NCBI GenBank assembly: GCA_965217775.1
Contig: CBDCJH010000002.1
Coordinates: 5,632,001 to 5,696,000 of the forward strand
Direction of reading: 5' to 3'
DNA: 64,000 nt
Source: Acidobacteriota bacterium
Lineage (GTDB): Bacteria > Acidobacteriota > UBA6911 > RPQK01 > JAJDTT01
This document shows, one piece after another, positions 20,950-30,084 of this stretch (within the stretch, counting starts at the first letter, position 1; every line of letters starts with the position of its first letter). The position numbers were made by a program, and so were the translations under genes. The notes under the pieces were generated by a model. It made no database searches, had not been told where the DNA came from, and saw only the letters and a list, made by a program, of their open reading frames with translations.

Positions 20950-22332
20950 CTAGAACTTCTCCGGAATCACATAGGGCGAACGATAGTTGCGGGTCAGCAT
21001 GGCGTTGGCTTCTTCGTCGCCGATGTAGCGTTCCGTTACGGGGTCGAAATCCAGAGTGCGGCCGAGCCGGTACGAGGTATTGGCCATGTGAATCAGGGCA
21101 CAACTGCGATGCCCTTCGACAATGTCCCCTTCCATGATGGAGCGGTCATTGGCGCGGATGGCCTCCACGAAGTTGCGGAACATGTTGCCGCCGCCGCTGC
21201 CCGAAGGACCCGGTTCCCGTCCCTTACCCATGTACGTCCGCCAGTTCCCGCCTCCGTCGATCACCATGTATCCCTTGGAGCCGTAGAAGAGGTTGCCGAT
21301 GTTGTTGCCGGCCCCTTTCCCCAGTCCGCCTTCGTGATTGGTGGCCCAGTGGCGGACCTCGAACTGCATGATCTTCTTCTTGTCGCCGCCCCCCTGTTCG
21401 CTGGGGAACTCGAAGAGAGCCATCTGCGTATTGGGGGTCTCCTGATCGTCGTCGAACATGAAGTGGCCGCCCATGGAAGAGATCTTGGTGGGCAGGGTGA
21501 CGCCGAGGCCCCAGCGGGCGATATCCACCTGGTGGGCGCCCTGGTTGCCGATGTCACCGTTGCCGTAATCCCAGTGCCAGTGCCAGTTGTAGTGGAAACG
21601 GTTCCGGGTGAATTCGCGCTTGGGCGCGGGCCCTAGCCAGAGATCGTAGTGGACGCCGTCGGGAACCGGCTCGGGTCCCTTGCGTTTGATGGTGTTGCGC
21701 CACTTGTAGCACATCCCTTTCGCCAGGTAGACCTCGCCGAGTCCGCCCTCGTGCAGGAACTTCATGGCGGCTTTGTAGCCTTCGAAGGTCCGGCGCTCCG
21801 CGTGGTGCTGGATCAGGCGGTCGTATCTCTTGGCCGCCTTGATAAGCTGCTGCCCTTCGAAATAGTTGTGGGTGCCCGGTTTTTCCAGGGTGGCGTGCTT
21901 TCCGGCCTGAGCCGCCCAGAATCCGGCCAGGGCGTGCCAGTGGTTCGGTGTCGCCACGCTGATGGCGTCGATGGTGGGATCGTCCAGCACGCGGCGCAGG
22001 TCGTAATAGGTCTTGGGCCGCGGCAGGCCCATTTCATCCATTTCTTTGACCCGCTTGGCGCTGATGCTCTCGTCCACGTCGCAGAGGGCCGCCACCTCGA
22101 CGTTTTCGAGTCCCGCGTAGCCTTGGACGTGACCCCATCCCATCCCGCGGAGACCCACGACGGCGACTCGAACCCGGTCGTTGGCGTCCTTCACCTTGGC
22201 ATAGCTCGCCGCGTTGAAACCCATGGACAATCCGGCGCCGACCGTTCCGGCCGCCACCGATCTCATGAAGGTCCGGCGCGATTCCGTGGTGTCCTGGCCG
22301 GATTGGACATGATTGCTGTTTTTCGTCGTCAT
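20950..22332 (-). CDS. Tat-exported Gfo/Idh/MocA oxidoreductase
   Basis: SRRTFM Tat motif; VGLRGMG, ATPNHWH, EKP, YDLWLGPAP and GDIGNQGAHQVD. Confidence 0.9.
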   Translation of the reverse strand: MTTKNSNHVQSGQDTTESRRTFMRSVAAGTVGAGLSMGFNAASYAKVKDANDRVRVAVVGLRGMGWGHVQGYAGLENVEVAALCDVDESISAKRVKEMDEMGLPRPKTYYDLRRVLDDPTIDAISVATPNHWHALAGFWAAQAGKHATLEKPGTHNYFEGQQLIKAAKRYDRLIQHHAERRTFEGYKAAMKFLHEGGLGEVYLAKGMCYKWRNTIKRKGPEPVPDGVHYDLWLGPAPKREFTRNRFHYNWHWHWDYGNGDIGNQGAHQVDIARWGLGVTLPTKISSMGGHFMFDDDQETPNTQMALFEFPSEQGGGDKKKIMQFEVRHWATNHEGGLGKGAGNNIGNLFYGSKGYMVIDGGGNWRTYMGKGREPGPSGSGGGNMFRNFVEAIRANDRSIMEGDIVEGHRSCALIHMANTSYRLGRTLDFDPVTERYIGDEEANAMLTRNYRSPYVIPEKF

Positions 22333-22382
22333 AGGTTCTTCCTCGTTGTTCGGACCCGTAAACACACCATTTGTCGGCGCGG

Positions 22383-23789
22383 TCACCGCGCCGGTTTCAT
22401 ATCGGTTTCCCATTGTCCCAGGAGTCCCTTCAATCTCTCTGCGTCATCCGATCGGGATTGAAGCAGGTCGTTCTCCTCGTGGATGTCGGTGGACAGATTG
22501 TACATCCATTCCTCCGTCCGCTCACCCTCGTTCAGGCGGACGTACTTGAGATCGCTGTCGCGCACGGCTGCCCAGGTCCTCTCTCCGCGCCGGCCGCGCC
22601 AGAACAGGGTGCGGTCGAAATCTTCGCGGCCCTCCGCCACGTGACCGATGATGTCGTAGCCGTCCAGCCGTTCGGCCGGCACGCCGGCGCCGGCCAACTT
22701 GAGGAACGATCGAGTCAGGTCGAAGGTCGCCGAGACCTGTTCGCTCTTGGTCTCCGCATCGATGCGACCGGGCCAGCGAATGATGAGGGGGACGCGGATG
22801 CCCCCTTCCAGGGTCGTCCCCTTGGCGCCCCGCAAGGGAGCCATGTTGGCCGCCCCCTTCAGACCGCCGTTGTCCGAGACGAAGATGACGACGGTCTTTT
22901 CCCGGATCCCTGCGTCGTCGATGGCGGCCAGCAACCGGCCGACTTCCGAATCCATGTCCTCCAGCATGGCGACGTAGGTGGCCGGGTCCCTCTCCATCCA
23001 GTTCTCCTTGGTGACCACCTTGTCCTTGTCCTCAGGCCCCTGAAAAGGGAAGTGAGGGGTTTCGTGCGCCACGTACAGGAACAGGGGCCGGTCTTTGTGC
23101 CGCTGGATGAAGTCGATGGAGGCGTCGGTGATCAGGTGGGTCATGTAGCCCTCCCGATAGACCGGCATTCTTCCGTCGAAGAGGACGTGCAGGTCGCTCG
23201 TTTCCCGGTGGTTGAAGTAGTGCACGTTCCCGCCCAGGTAGCCGAAGAACTCGTCCCAGCCGTGTTCCAGCGGGTTGAAATGGGGTTCGTAACCCAGGTG
23301 CCACTTGCCGAAGGTGCCGGAGACGTAGCCGGATTCCTTCAACGCTCCCGGCATCACCGTCTGTTCCGAGGGGAGCCCCAGCTCCCGTTGTTCGGCCAAC
23401 CGGATCGCGTCGTCGTAACGGCCGACGTTGCCCGTGCCGATGGCGCACTCCAGACCGCCGGCCCGTTGCTGGTAGCGCCCGGTCAAGAGTGCCGTCCGGG
23501 TGGGAGTGCACTCCGGTCCATTGGCGTAATGCTGGGTGAAATGCGCGCCTTCTTTCGCCAAGCGGTCGATGTTGGGGGTCTTGGCCTCGGGATGACCGTA
23601 AAGTCCCAGGTCGCCGTAGCCCAGATCGTCCGCCAGGATCAGGACGATGTTCGGCTTTTCCGAAGTCTCAACGGATGTTTGTACGTCAGGGGCACTCGCG
23701 GGAGGATCGCAGGCAGCGAAACCAAGGAGCAGGAAGGCGAACGATGCAAGAAGGACGAATCTGGGGTGCTGTTTCCCTGGTCGAATCAT
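22383..23789 (-). CDS. Formylglycine-dependent sulfatase (probable lipoprotein)
   Basis: Lipobox FAAC; PNIVLILADDLGYGD, CTPTRTALLTGRY, GKWHLG and SDNG. Confidence 0.92.
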   Translation of the reverse strand: MIRPGKQHPRFVLLASFAFLLLGFAACDPPASAPDVQTSVETSEKPNIVLILADDLGYGDLGLYGHPEAKTPNIDRLAKEGAHFTQHYANGPECTPTRTALLTGRYQQRAGGLECAIGTGNVGRYDDAIRLAEQRELGLPSEQTVMPGALKESGYVSGTFGKWHLGYEPHFNPLEHGWDEFFGYLGGNVHYFNHRETSDLHVLFDGRMPVYREGYMTHLITDASIDFIQRHKDRPLFLYVAHETPHFPFQGPEDKDKVVTKENWMERDPATYVAMLEDMDSEVGRLLAAIDDAGIREKTVVIFVSDNGGLKGAANMAPLRGAKGTTLEGGIRVPLIIRWPGRIDAETKSEQVSATFDLTRSFLKLAGAGVPAERLDGYDIIGHVAEGREDFDRTLFWRGRRGERTWAAVRDSDLKYVRLNEGERTEEWMYNLSTDIHEENDLLQSRSDDAERLKGLLGQWETDMKPAR

Positions 23790-23891
23790 TGCGTCAGTCT
23801 ACAGGAATCAGGAAGGAGAGACTGTTCGTTTCGGAGGGGCGAAAATGACGTATCCTCTCCGACTGACGCACTCTCCTATGCCCGGTAGACT

Positions 23892-24920
23892 TCACGAGCG
23901 GTCCTCTTCGAATGGGTCGGCATCAACCGATTCGGGACGAGGGTCTGTGGATTCGAAGGCCACGGGCGATCTGGAGGACCGGTCCACGCTGAGCTTGAAT
24001 ATGTCGAACCGGTTGTACCCGCCCACCACGTCGTGGATCTGCTTGGGGGCCACCGTTTGGGAGAGATCGATCTCGGCGTAGAGGAGGCCTTCCTCGTCCT
24101 GCAGAATCTGGCTGACCGGGGTTCCCTCCGGACCCATGACCACCGAGATGCCTCTGGGGCTCCCGTCCAGAATGCTCCCGGCCTCCGGGGTCAATTGGCC
24201 CAGACGGTCCCGGGCCGCCGCATCCAGGAAGCCGGAGGCCACCACGTTGAAGACCTTGCCTTCGAAGGAATGGGCGCCGGCCCGAATCAGTATCGCCTGC
24301 TTGAGATCGTAGTTGCCGCCGGTGGCAGGATCGCGGGTGGGCCACAGGGGCGGGTAGGTGGATAGATGGACCTGCTCGCCCTGGGCCAGCAGGGCAAAAC
24401 GAGCCAGGGGATTGGTGTTCTCTCCGCAAATCAGCATCCCCACTCGACCCAGCCGGGTCTCGGACACCTGAAGTCCGCTGCCGTCCCCGGGCGCCCAGAC
24501 CAGTTTCTCGTAGAAGGTCGGAACCAGCTTGCGGTGGTGGCAGAGCATGTCCCCCCGGTCGCTCAAGAGCAGATTGGCGTTCCAGAGGCAACCGTCGCTG
24601 ATTGGCGAGACCTCGTTGAATCCCAGGGAGACGAAAATGCCGCTGCGGCGGGCCGCGTCTGCAACCTTGCCTATTTCCGGCCCGTCCACCCGCAGACTGC
24701 CGGCAGCGAGTTGGCAGAAAAGATCATGGTTTTCAATGGGGGCCTGCAGGGCGCACCAGAGCGGAAAGGCCGGTATGTAGGTCTCCGGGAAGACGATGAG
24801 CTGAGCCCCGTTGCGGGCGGCTTCCCCGATCAGGGCGCAGGCCTTTTCCAGCGTGGCGTCCTGGTCGAGGAACACCGGGGCCACGTGAGCGGCAGCCACC
24901 TTGTAGGCTGGAGGTTGCAT
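23892..24920 (-). CDS. Nitrilase (carbon-nitrogen hydrolase family)
   Basis: Glu-Lys-Cys triad contexts FPET, HRKLVPT and ICGENTNP; C-terminal DVVGGYNRFDIF. Confidence 0.9.
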   Translation of the reverse strand: MQPPAYKVAAAHVAPVFLDQDATLEKACALIGEAARNGAQLIVFPETYIPAFPLWCALQAPIENHDLFCQLAAGSLRVDGPEIGKVADAARRSGIFVSLGFNEVSPISDGCLWNANLLLSDRGDMLCHHRKLVPTFYEKLVWAPGDGSGLQVSETRLGRVGMLICGENTNPLARFALLAQGEQVHLSTYPPLWPTRDPATGGNYDLKQAILIRAGAHSFEGKVFNVVASGFLDAAARDRLGQLTPEAGSILDGSPRGISVVMGPEGTPVSQILQDEEGLLYAEIDLSQTVAPKQIHDVVGGYNRFDIFKLSVDRSSRSPVAFESTDPRPESVDADPFEEDRS

Positions 24921-25096
24921 GGTGAATGGGCGTCTTTTTCCCGCTCACTCCAGCCGGGTCGCCAGCCCCTCGAGAATTGGATCCAGGAGGCGATTCAGCC
25001 GGGCAAAGCGATGGGGGTCGGACAGCATCAGGTCGGCACTTTGAATAAACGGTCTGTCAACGAGCTCGTCGGCACAGCCGTGAGCCAGGTCCTCAA

Positions 25097-25255
25097 CAGC
25101 CCGTGGCAAAAGTCGTCACGGCATTCGACCGTCCCTGCATCCCGGCGGACTGCGTTGCTATCGGCTCACATACTCCCGGTATGCTCCCTCCGAAGCGCCT
25201 TGTCCGGCGGGCGCAGGACCGGTCTCGGTGCTCGTGAGACTTTCACCACGGACTG
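25097..25255 (+). mobile_element. MITE copy A (159 bp), 18-bp imperfect TIRs, 4-bp TSD TCAA
   Basis: CAGCCCGTGGCAAAAGTC...GACTTTCACCACGGACTG with TCAA on both flanks; homolog in inverted orientation at 29216..29373. Confidence 0.85.
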
Positions 25256-25287
25256 TCAAGGGCTTCCCGGGTGGTCTCAAGGTGGAA

Positions 25288-26301
25288 TCACTTATCCTCT
25301 CCATATTTTCGCAACATTTCCGCGATTCTTTTCGGGGACAGCTCACCCCGGTGGAGCAGCATTCTGTAACGCAGCCGGACCGGTGTCTCTTTGGAAATCG
25401 GGACCGGAACTCTTCCGGGGTAAACCTGGTTCTGCATGCTTCTGCCCCGGCGCAAAACCCAGCGGCGTGGCATTCCCGGGGTTTCCGGATGGCAGAGTAT
25501 GGTCAACCCGGAAACTCCGGTCTCGGCGTCGAAGGAGCCGGTCAGATCCATCCAGGGACCAGCCGTCAGCGGGGTCTCTATGGGCTCGAGCTCCCCTATT
25601 TCGCTGGTGAAACGGACGTCATCCGGCAAGCCGAGCCGGATCGTAAAGCCCCCATAGGCCTTCTTTCCCGCGGACCCGCCCAACCGGACACCGTCGACCA
25701 TGGCTTGCAACCGGATGTCGAAGTCGATGGGACGGACGTCGTCCCGGACGGCGCCGACTCGAACCTTCACCTTTTCCCGAACGATCGGTTTGGGATCGCC
25801 GTTGGATTCGCGCAGGAAATGTGATCTCCACCAGACATGGGTGGCGAGAGTCAGCCGATTCTTGTCATCGGACAGGATCTCGATGTCGCGCACATCGAAT
25901 TCGATATTCTCGGTCCGCCACGGGTTTCCCGCGGGCTTTCCGTCCACGGTGAGTTGGTGCCACCCGAGGAAGACCCCTCGGTGGTGAAGATGGTCTTCCG
26001 GAAAATCTTCCGTCAGTACATGGCCGTCCAGTCCGTACAGCGGATGAATGTAGTTGGCCCGGGGCATCTTGCCCTGATGAGACTTGGTGCGCCGCTGGTA
26101 GAAGAGGACCGGTTGGTCCCCGTCCGTGATCAAGACGCCCTCTTCGGTTTCCTTGGCATCGAGCGCGTCGAGATTGGCTCCCACAGCGGTGCCGTCAAGC
26201 GCCAGCAGAAGTGGGATCAGAGAGAGTCTGGCGAACCGATTCAAGGCAGTTGCGATCGCTCCTGAACTCCGTGGGGGTTGGTGTCGGCGTCGAGTATACA
26301 T
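25288..26301 (-). CDS. DUF6807/'PmoA-family'-like exported protein (not a methane monooxygenase subunit); start uncertain
   Basis: RANYIHPLYGLDGHVLTEDFPEDHLHHRGVFLGW, KAYGGFTIR and ILCHP motifs; hydrophobic signal-like stretch. Confidence 0.7.
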   Translation of the reverse strand: MYTRRRHQPPRSSGAIATALNRFARLSLIPLLLALDGTAVGANLDALDAKETEEGVLITDGDQPVLFYQRRTKSHQGKMPRANYIHPLYGLDGHVLTEDFPEDHLHHRGVFLGWHQLTVDGKPAGNPWRTENIEFDVRDIEILSDDKNRLTLATHVWWRSHFLRESNGDPKPIVREKVKVRVGAVRDDVRPIDFDIRLQAMVDGVRLGGSAGKKAYGGFTIRLGLPDDVRFTSEIGELEPIETPLTAGPWMDLTGSFDAETGVSGLTILCHPETPGMPRRWVLRRGRSMQNQVYPGRVPVPISKETPVRLRYRMLLHRGELSPKRIAEMLRKYGEDK

Positions 26302-26304
26302 CGG

Positions 26305-26400
26305 AGAGGAAAGAGGAAATAGGAAATTAGGAAAGAGAGAAGAGTTCGCGCCAATCCCACTCTTTTCTCTTTGCTCTTTTCTCTTTGCTCCCTTCCTTGC
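26305..26400. repeat. Purine/pyrimidine heptamer inverted array in a divergent intergenic region
   Basis: AGAGGAA AGAGGAA ATAGGAA... followed by TCTCTTT GCTCTTT TCTCTTT GCTCCCT. Confidence 0.55.
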
Positions 26401-26416
26401 TATTCTGACCCCGGTT

Positions 26417-28705
26417 TTGAAGTCCTCCCTGGCCTTGTTCCTGCTGATTCCAGCCTTCATCCTTGGTGCCGCTTTCTGGCAATCGGGTCCAACTCGGGAA
26501 CGTTTCTACGTCGGCGGGTCGGACGCCGGCTACGTCAGCGCCGATTCCTGCCGGCCCTGTCACTCGGACGTCTACGAGACCTACCAACATACGGGGATGG
26601 GCCGCTCCTTCTACCGTATGCGGCCTGAGAAGGCGGTCGAAGACTGGACCGGGAACAACGTTTACTACCACGCGGCCTCGAAACGCTACTACACCATGGT
26701 TGAGCGGGACGGCCGTTACTTCCAGCGGCGCCACCAGCTCGGGTACGGCGGCAAGGAAGTGAACGTGGTGGAGAAGGAGATCCATTTTGTGGTGGGTTCC
26801 GGCAACCGGGTGCGAACCTATCTCCACCACGCGCCCGACGGCAAGCTCTTCGAGCTGCCGGTGAGCTGGTACAGCGAGAAGGGGTCTTTCTGGGCCATGA
26901 GTCCCGGCTACGATTCCCGTTCCCACCATGGCTTCCAGCGGAGAATCCATCACGGTTGCATGTTCTGTCACAACGCGTATCCGGAAATCGAGCCGGGAAG
27001 CGACTCCTTCGGACGGGCCTCCTTTTTCAGGGGGAAGATTCCGGAAGGCATCGACTGTCAGCGCTGCCACGGGCCTGGGCAGGACCACGTCGCCGTGGCG
27101 AAAAAGGCCGAAGCCTCGTTGGAAGCGATTCGGACCAGCATTCAAAACCCCGGAAGGATGAGTCCGGAGCGTCAGATGGAAGTCTGCATGCAGTGCCACC
27201 TGGAGACCACCAGCGCCCGGCTGCCGCCGTTCATTCACCGCTTCGAACGGGGTGTGTTCTCCTTTCGGCCGGGCGAGGAACTTTCCGATTACGTCCTCCA
27301 TTTCGACCACGCACCGGGCGCCGGGCATGACGACAAGTTCGTCATCGTCAATGCCGCCTACCGGCTGCGCCGGTCGCTCTGTTTTCAGAAGAGCGGCGGA
27401 GCAATGACCTGCGTCACCTGCCATGATCCTCATGACATCCCCCGGGGCGAGGAGGCCGCTCGCCACTACGCGGAAGTGTGCCGGAGCTGTCACGCGTCGG
27501 CGCTCGACGAGCAGATCGCGTCGAGGGAACACACTTCTTCGTCGGACTGCCTGACCTGTCACATGCCGAAGCGCCGGACCGACGACGTCATACACACGGT
27601 GATGACCGACCACTACATTCAGCGCTTCAAGCCGGAGCGGGACCTTCTGGCCCCATTGGAGGAGGAACCCTTTTACCAGCGCCCATATCGTGGTGAAGTG
27701 AAGCTCTACTATCCGAGCCAGGTCGCAGCCCGCGAAAAGGACCTCTATCTGGCCGTCGCCCAGGTGGAGGACAAGTCCAATCTGGAAGCGGGGATCGCGA
27801 ATCTGGAGAAAGCCATCAAGACCCACCAGCCGTCAGAACCCGAGTTCTACCATCGTCTGGGGGAGGCCTATTTCGAGACGGGACAGTTCTCCAAGGCGAT
27901 TCCCATGTATGAGGAGGCCCTGCGCCGCCAACCCGATCTGTGGACTACCCTTCACCGGCAGGGTCTGGCCCTGGCCAGGTCCGGGCAGCTTTCCCGAGCC
28001 GTGACTGCGCTGGAACGGGCGTCACGGAACGATCCGGAGCCGGGGGCGATTCTGAACGATTTGGCTCTCCTCCACTGGGAAGCGGGGCGGGTCGAGGAAG
28101 CGGTGAAGACCTTGAGGGACGCCATAAAGCCCGACCCGGAGCGCTCGGAGGTTCACAGCAACCTGGGAGCGCTACTGCTGGAAACGGGGTTGTTCGGCGA
28201 GGCGGAAACGGTGCTGCGCGAGGCCGTCCGTCTGGAACCGGAACTGCCGGCCGCCCACCACAACCTCGCCACCGTCCTGGTGGCGCGGGGAGACTGGTCC
28301 GAGGCCGAATATCATCTCGAGAGGGCCATCGAGAACAATCCGTCCGACGTGCAGATCTACTTGGACTACGCGGCCATCCTGGCCCAGAGGGGACTCTACG
28401 AGCGAGCTCGAACGTATTTGGACGATGCCCTCAAGCTGGATCCCAGGCGGCCGGACGCTCACAGCTTGATGGCGGAGATACTGGCGTCAGACGGCAAGAT
28501 CGAAGAGGCCGTCACCCATTTCGAGAAGGCACTTGAAATGAATCCGGTGCATCATCGGACGCACTACAGTTACGGTGCCGTCCTCGCCCTCTCGGGAGAT
28601 GTGCAACGAGCCATGACCCATCTGCGGAAAGCGTCCGAGAGTCCGGATCCCGGAATTCGCCAAGCCGCGCTGGATCTGTTGAGGGAATTGGATCGAGCCC
28701 CGTAG
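26417..28705 (+). CDS. Multiheme cytochrome c (7 CxxCH)-TPR fusion protein; TTG start inferred
   Basis: CRPCH, CMFCH, CQRCH, CMQCH, CVTCH, CRSCH and CLTCH; signal peptide MKSSLALFLLIPAFILGAAF; C-terminal TPR array. Confidence 0.85.
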   Translation: MKSSLALFLLIPAFILGAAFWQSGPTRERFYVGGSDAGYVSADSCRPCHSDVYETYQHTGMGRSFYRMRPEKAVEDWTGNNVYYHAASKRYYTMVERDGRYFQRRHQLGYGGKEVNVVEKEIHFVVGSGNRVRTYLHHAPDGKLFELPVSWYSEKGSFWAMSPGYDSRSHHGFQRRIHHGCMFCHNAYPEIEPGSDSFGRASFFRGKIPEGIDCQRCHGPGQDHVAVAKKAEASLEAIRTSIQNPGRMSPERQMEVCMQCHLETTSARLPPFIHRFERGVFSFRPGEELSDYVLHFDHAPGAGHDDKFVIVNAAYRLRRSLCFQKSGGAMTCVTCHDPHDIPRGEEAARHYAEVCRSCHASALDEQIASREHTSSSDCLTCHMPKRRTDDVIHTVMTDHYIQRFKPERDLLAPLEEEPFYQRPYRGEVKLYYPSQVAAREKDLYLAVAQVEDKSNLEAGIANLEKAIKTHQPSEPEFYHRLGEAYFETGQFSKAIPMYEEALRRQPDLWTTLHRQGLALARSGQLSRAVTALERASRNDPEPGAILNDLALLHWEAGRVEEAVKTLRDAIKPDPERSEVHSNLGALLLETGLFGEAETVLREAVRLEPELPAAHHNLATVLVARGDWSEAEYHLERAIENNPSDVQIYLDYAAILAQRGLYERARTYLDDALKLDPRRPDAHSLMAEILASDGKIEEAVTHFEKALEMNPVHHRTHYSYGAVLALSGDVQRAMTHLRKASESPDPGIRQAALDLLRELDRAP

Positions 28706-28770
28706 GGGCGATAGGAGGGGGAACATTTCTGTCCCCCCTCTTCATTGTTGGCCGGGAATCGGCGGTTGGA
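28555..28770 (+). repeat. Direct repeat, left copy (cytochrome-TPR 3' end + REP)
   Basis: Near-identical to 30358..30572. Confidence 0.92.
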
Positions 28771-28830
28771 AAGCAGGCGCTCCCAGATACCTCTTTTTCT
28801 TCCGGGATTTCGCCGGAAGCCGACCGGTGG

Positions 28831-29200
28831 TGTCAGTGGCCATTGAAAACTGCACACTTCTGGCCGTCGAAAATTGCACACATCGCGGGAGTCCTCGTGA
28901 AGGGAGCGTAGCGACCGGGGGGCTCCTGCGGTCGGACTTGGTCCCCTCGTGTGCCCGTCCTTTCCGCGCCGGAGTTCTGTGCGGTGACTGCTCGGGAGGC
29001 GGTCGGATGGATCGCTTTGGAGAGTTCGGCGTGGCGGCGCAGCCGGTAGCTATTGCCCCGGATGTTGACGATGTGGCAACCGTGTAGGACCTGGTTCAAG
29101 AGCGCCGCCGCCACTACCTCGTCCCCCAGGATCCGGATCCACTCCTCGAAGCCCTTGTTTGCGGTCAATACCTTCGAGGCCCGCTCGTAGCGTATTCGCA
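28831..29200 (-). mobile_element. istB: IS21-family right-end remnant with istB 3' fragment
   Basis: End TGTCAGTGGCCATTGAAAACTGCACAC with a tandem repeat; minus-strand peptide YERASKVLTANKGFEEWIRILGDEVVAAALL..HGCHIVNIRGNSYRLR resembles the IstB C-terminus. Confidence 0.8.
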
Positions 29201-29215
29201 AGGCAGCTACGCTAT

Positions 29216-29373
29216 CAGTCCGTGGTGAAAGTCCCGCGAGCACCGAGACCGTTCCTGCGCCCGCCGGACAAGGCGCGATTCGGGTGCATACCGGGAGTAT
29301 GTGCCCGAATCGCAACGCCGTCCGCCGGGATGCAGGGACGGTCGAATGCCGTGATGACTTTTGCCACGGGCTG
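29216..29373 (-). mobile_element. MITE copy B (158 bp), 4-bp TSD CTAT
   Basis: Reverse-complement homolog of 25097..25255; CTAT at 29212-29215 and 29374-29377. Confidence 0.85.
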
Positions 29374-29404
29374 CTATACCCCCTGACAATCACCCATCAA
29401 CTGC

Positions 29405-29434
29405 TTGACCATGCAATTGCAGAATTGTTATTTT
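29405..29434 (+). promoter_or_regulatory. Putative sigma70 promoter of the hicBA-like pair, with a palindromic spacer
   Basis: TTGACC-N18-TATTTT with TGn extended -10; palindrome TGCAATTGCA (29412-29421) in the spacer. Confidence 0.4.
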
Positions 29435-29580
29435 GACTATCCTATTGGAGGAACCAGTCTCGCCAAAGCTCTTTCCGGGGGCACGCTGGTTGTGAAAGGA
29501 GGGGCCAACTCCGCATCTTTTCAAGACCCTGATTTGCTGAATGGGGTGGGTGTGGGGCTTACTGTCTCGGGAGGTTTGAG

Positions 29581-30084
29581 ATGACTCGATATCCGATTGT
29601 CTTTACCTACAGAGAGCTGATTGTGGGGAACGGCTTCGTGGCGACCGTGGAGTCCACTGGCAGATGCCTGATGGAAGACTTTGGGGACAACGATGTCTGG
29701 ATCACCGGAGTCCGTCCTTCCGGGTTTTCCGCCGGAGCAGACAACCAACAGTCCGCGTCGGAGGCCTTTCAGCGAGAGCACCGTGTTGCTCTTCTTGACA
29801 TGGTCCATGATGCTCCTGATTTCGATAGCTTCCAAGCCATGGTCCATGACTTCCATGCTCAAAAGAGCGAAGTCGGCGAGATGGAGTGGTGGGAAGCTGT
29901 TCACCAGGTCAGGGCTGGGACAATCACCTCGGACTGGCTGCAGAAAGTGTCGGCCAACACAGAGCCTACGCTCAGGGTCCGGTGCATTTCTTTGAATGAT
30001 TCCGAGGAGCGCGAAGAATATAGGGCCGAACCGAGCCCCTCGCTCAATCCGGACGAGCGCCAGATAGGGCTGCTTGCTGCCTGA
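29581..30084 (+). CDS. Putative HicB-like antitoxin (divergent)
   Basis: GGAGG RBS; acidic 167 aa; VWITGVRPSGFSAGADNQQSASEAF resembles the HicB partial RNase H fold; coupled by TGATG to a basic small ORF. Confidence 0.5.
   Translation: MTRYPIVFTYRELIVGNGFVATVESTGRCLMEDFGDNDVWITGVRPSGFSAGADNQQSASEAFQREHRVALLDMVHDAPDFDSFQAMVHDFHAQKSEVGEMEWWEAVHQVRAGTITSDWLQKVSANTEPTLRVRCISLNDSEEREEYRAEPSPSLNPDERQIGLLAA

Noticed and set aside
25288-25290. Selenocysteine readthrough of the TGA into the downstream frame
   Set aside because: No redox-motif context or recognisable SECIS, and the frame is broken by a MITE.
25288-26301. Particulate methane monooxygenase subunit A
   Set aside because: Soluble-looking exported protein without multiple TM helices and with no pmoC/pmoB nearby; the family name is misleading.
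26126-26460. Long overlap of two divergent genes
   Set aside because: Disappears when downstream starts (26301 and 26417) that give sensible N-termini are used.
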